From positions 1,488,001 through 1,552,000 of the forward strand of contig OZ037841.1 in assembly GCA_964035575.1 (NCBI GenBank): a stretch of DNA of 64,000 nt, in the 5' to 3' direction. The notes below the pieces were generated by a model. The model did not search any database. It was not told the origin of the DNA and saw only the letters and a list, made by a program, of their open reading frames with translations. This DNA is from Rhynchopus sp. YZ270_cl-10. Its lineage: Eukaryota. Shown piece after piece: positions 61,563-64,000 of this stretch (position 1 is the first letter of the stretch; each line of letters begins with the position of its first letter). The translations under genes were made by a program, and so were the position numbers.

Positions 61563-62607
61563 TCTTTCTTTTGCTTTGGTGACTAACGGCCAACGTTCTT
61601 TGGGGGATGAGAGGCCTATAGTACAGTCATCTTTATAGTTTTGTTTCTTTTTCTCTTTCCTCTCTTTTCCTTTCCTCAAAAAAACACCTCCCTCCCGGCA
61701 ATAAAACATTAACGCACGATCTCTTCAAAACAACGCATTTTTTAAAAGAAAAAGCCCCTCTTTCAATATTACATCTGTCCTTTGCATTTGCAAGCTTCTT
61801 CTTTTTTTTTTGCCATTGTCTTTTTCGTTTCTTATTTTGTGTGACCACAAAGGATAAAAAGAACTGCACCAGACCCATAGTTCCTCATCACGTCCCTGCC
61901 ACGCTCTTGGATGCGACTGTGCTGTTTCTGATAGAAGTTGCAACACACATTGCATTGCATCAGAACCTAGTTTCTAATTGGCAATAAAGTGGAATCGATA
62001 AGCTCTACATTCTTTATTATAACCACAGTGTTATTGAACATAGTTCAAACGATCTGTCTTTACGCTGCGGTCAACGAAAAAAAAAAGATGTAGTCGATGA
62101 ATATGGACATCTTCATGTTAGTTGATCAGTTGGGTATAATGTTATTGTTCATTTTTTTTTGTTCTCGTGGCAACCGTGTGCATGCCAAACGAGGTGCTCT
62201 CTGGGGTTCGATAACCCGCGGAAAAATCGGTGTCTGCATCCCCGAGGTGAGGCGCTTGCATTTTCAAACTTCTCTTTTCTCTTTCTCTCTTTCTTTTTTG
62301 AATGCAAACATTTCTAGAGATCCGTTAGTGTTTATTTGTCCGGAAATTATCCCCTGCCCCTTTTCCCTCTGTTAAAACAAAAGATTTCCCTCCAAACTTT
62401 TCAACCTTCTCTCAAACCTCCCTCAACACACTCCCTACGCTTATCTTCTCGCCCGCAAAGCTGAAGTAAACAGACTGGCATGGCTTCTGTGACACGCCGT
62501 GACCTTAGATTGATATGAAGGTGATAGTCTTCTGCTTCATTTCCCTCTGCTAACATCCCCTTACAGGCCACAAAGCAGCACATACCACAAATGAGATTGT
62601 AGGGGCT

Positions 62608-64000
62608 ATGGGGTACGACCGCACGTCGTTCTCGCAGGAGCTGCAGGCGGAGCATATTGTGCTGGTCGGTGCACCCCCAGTGTTGCTTGCTGTAGTGATT
62701 CTCGCGGCTGCAGGATGGGTGCTGATGGGGCGGAGGGTCAGGCTTGCTGTCCTGCTCACCATCTTAGTCTCCGCTGCCCTCATGTGTGTAGGGCTTGTCG
62801 TCTGGGCTGTCACCTACGCCACCTCTCGCGATAGCATCCAAGACACAACCGAGAAGCTTCTCATATCAAAAGGGGACGAAGCGCTGCAACGGATCCACCG
62901 TGAGTTCCACCCCGGCGTCTCTCTCGCAGAAAGCCTTCATGCCGTGGTCCAAGAAGGAACGCTCAGCCCTAATGCCAGCTGTACATGGCCAGATGGTGCA
63001 ATCACTGTGGACCGACATATCCATCTTTTCAACTTCTCCGGGTCAATTCAGATGGCCTACATCGGAAACCGTTTTGGAAGAGCGGTCGCGGTAATGAAAC
63101 CCACCCCAGCGCTGCCAGAGGACCACATTGAGATTAATGTTATGGGTTTTCCGGGGGATCCATTTCCGGTGTGGGCGGAATGCGAGCCGCGAAATTTTTT
63201 TTCTGATGACGAATGTGAGGCAAGGCACTTGCGAAATGAATGCGGACACAACACCACCACCGACGCGATGTGCCGTTCCTCCTGCGGGGCGGAGGGCAGA
63301 AAGCGTGCACATTGCTTTGGAGGCAACACCGCCGAGCACGGTGTCTTGGTAGGCGTCGTCGTACAACGGCAAGCAACACCATCCCGCTCTGGCCCGGTCA
63401 ATAGCACCTTTGTGGCACCGTCTGGGAATTTCAGTTCTGCAGCAAATCGCTTCGATCCGACGTCGAGGCCGTGGTTTAATGTTACTGCATTGCGCTGGTC
63501 GGAGCCTTATACGTACATCATGGTTGATAAAAGGGCAGCGGGGATCACAGTGTCAAAGGGAGTGTTCTCTCCCGAAGGAATGCATATCGCGACTGTAGGC
63601 ATCGACTACGACACGACCACTCTGTTCCCCATTATGCGCGACGTGCGGCCATCGGAAAACTCCGTCGCTGTGCTCACCATGCTCGACTACAGTATCGTAG
63701 CTGTGAGCCTTTCTAGCCAGCAGATCAACGAAGACCTCGACTGGCAGGTCCCCATAGATGCTGTGCTCAACATTAAAACAACCCCGTGGAGCCCAGAGTC
63801 GAAGATAAAACAGATGTTTGCCGTTCTCGACGGGAGGTACGGGAGTATCGAAAACATGATGACCCATCGTGCGCTTTTGCTGGACAAATCGGATGTGTTC
63901 ATGACGGTGCCGGTGGCAGTGCCAGGGGGGTTGCAGATGCTTCTTGCGATCACAGTGCCGCATGACGATATCATGGGGGATGCGGATCGAGCGTCCGTGC
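62608..64000 (+). CDS. dCache-domain membrane receptor (probably receptor cyclase family), runs off the window; absent from the ORF track
   Basis: Frame from ATG 62608 (MGYDRTSFSQ..) has N-terminal TM helices and, in the same frame, FDPTSRPWF..WSEPY..ITVS..TVGIDY. CTAAC..TTACAG acceptor at 62550-62566. Confidence 0.8.
   Translation, partial: MGYDRTSFSQELQAEHIVLVGAPPVLLAVVILAAAGWVLMGRRVRLAVLLTILVSAALMCVGLVVWAVTYATSRDSIQDTTEKLLISKGDEALQRIHREFHPGVSLAESLHAVVQEGTLSPNASCTWPDGAITVDRHIHLFNFSGSIQMAYIGNRFGRAVAVMKPTPALPEDHIEINVMGFPGDPFPVWAECEPRNFFSDDECEARHLRNECGHNTTTDAMCRSSCGAEGRKRAHCFGGNTAEHGVLVGVVVQRQATPSRSGPVNSTFVAPSGNFSSAANRFDPTSRPWFNVTALRWSEPYTYIMVDKRAAGITVSKGVFSPEGMHIATVGIDYDTTTLFPIMRDVRPSENSVAVLTMLDYSIVAVSLSSQQINEDLDWQVPIDAVLNIKTTPWSPESKIKQMFAVLDGRYGSIENMMTHRALLLDKSDVFMTVPVAVPGGLQMLLAITVPHDDIMGDADRASV

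Overview
Eukaryotic protist genomic DNA. A diplonemid or related euglenozoan is inferred from a unidirectional, intron-poor gene cluster, PTAV-stalk membrane proteins, Cache-domain receptor cyclases and a VIPER-like element. About 14 host genes lie on the + strand: a SAM methyltransferase, a USP7-like deubiquitinase, a hypothetical protein, a voltage-gated K+ channel with a very large ectodomain, Ubl-LRR and Ubl-WD40 proteins, a giant secreted beta-rich protein, a PPR-like protein, PHYHD1, WDR82, a Cys/His-repeat protein, a mucin-stalk membrane protein and two dCache receptors. The spacers are packed with mobile DNA whose ends can be read directly: several hAT-type non-autonomous elements with TIRs and 8-bp TSDs (some nested), a TA-flanked pogo/Tc1-type MITE and hairpin MITEs. 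The most notable structure is a predicted 3.5-kb intron of the K+ channel gene (19227-22736). It holds a TIR/TSD-bounded DNA element that itself carries a gag-tyrosine recombinase-RT (VIPER/TATE-order) retroelement with an intact-looking recombinase. A 5'-truncated non-LTR retrotransposon (58329-61562) ends in a stem-loop plus T-rich tail that recurs about a dozen times in the window, always on the sense strand. All calls come from reading the sequence by eye; no database searches were run.
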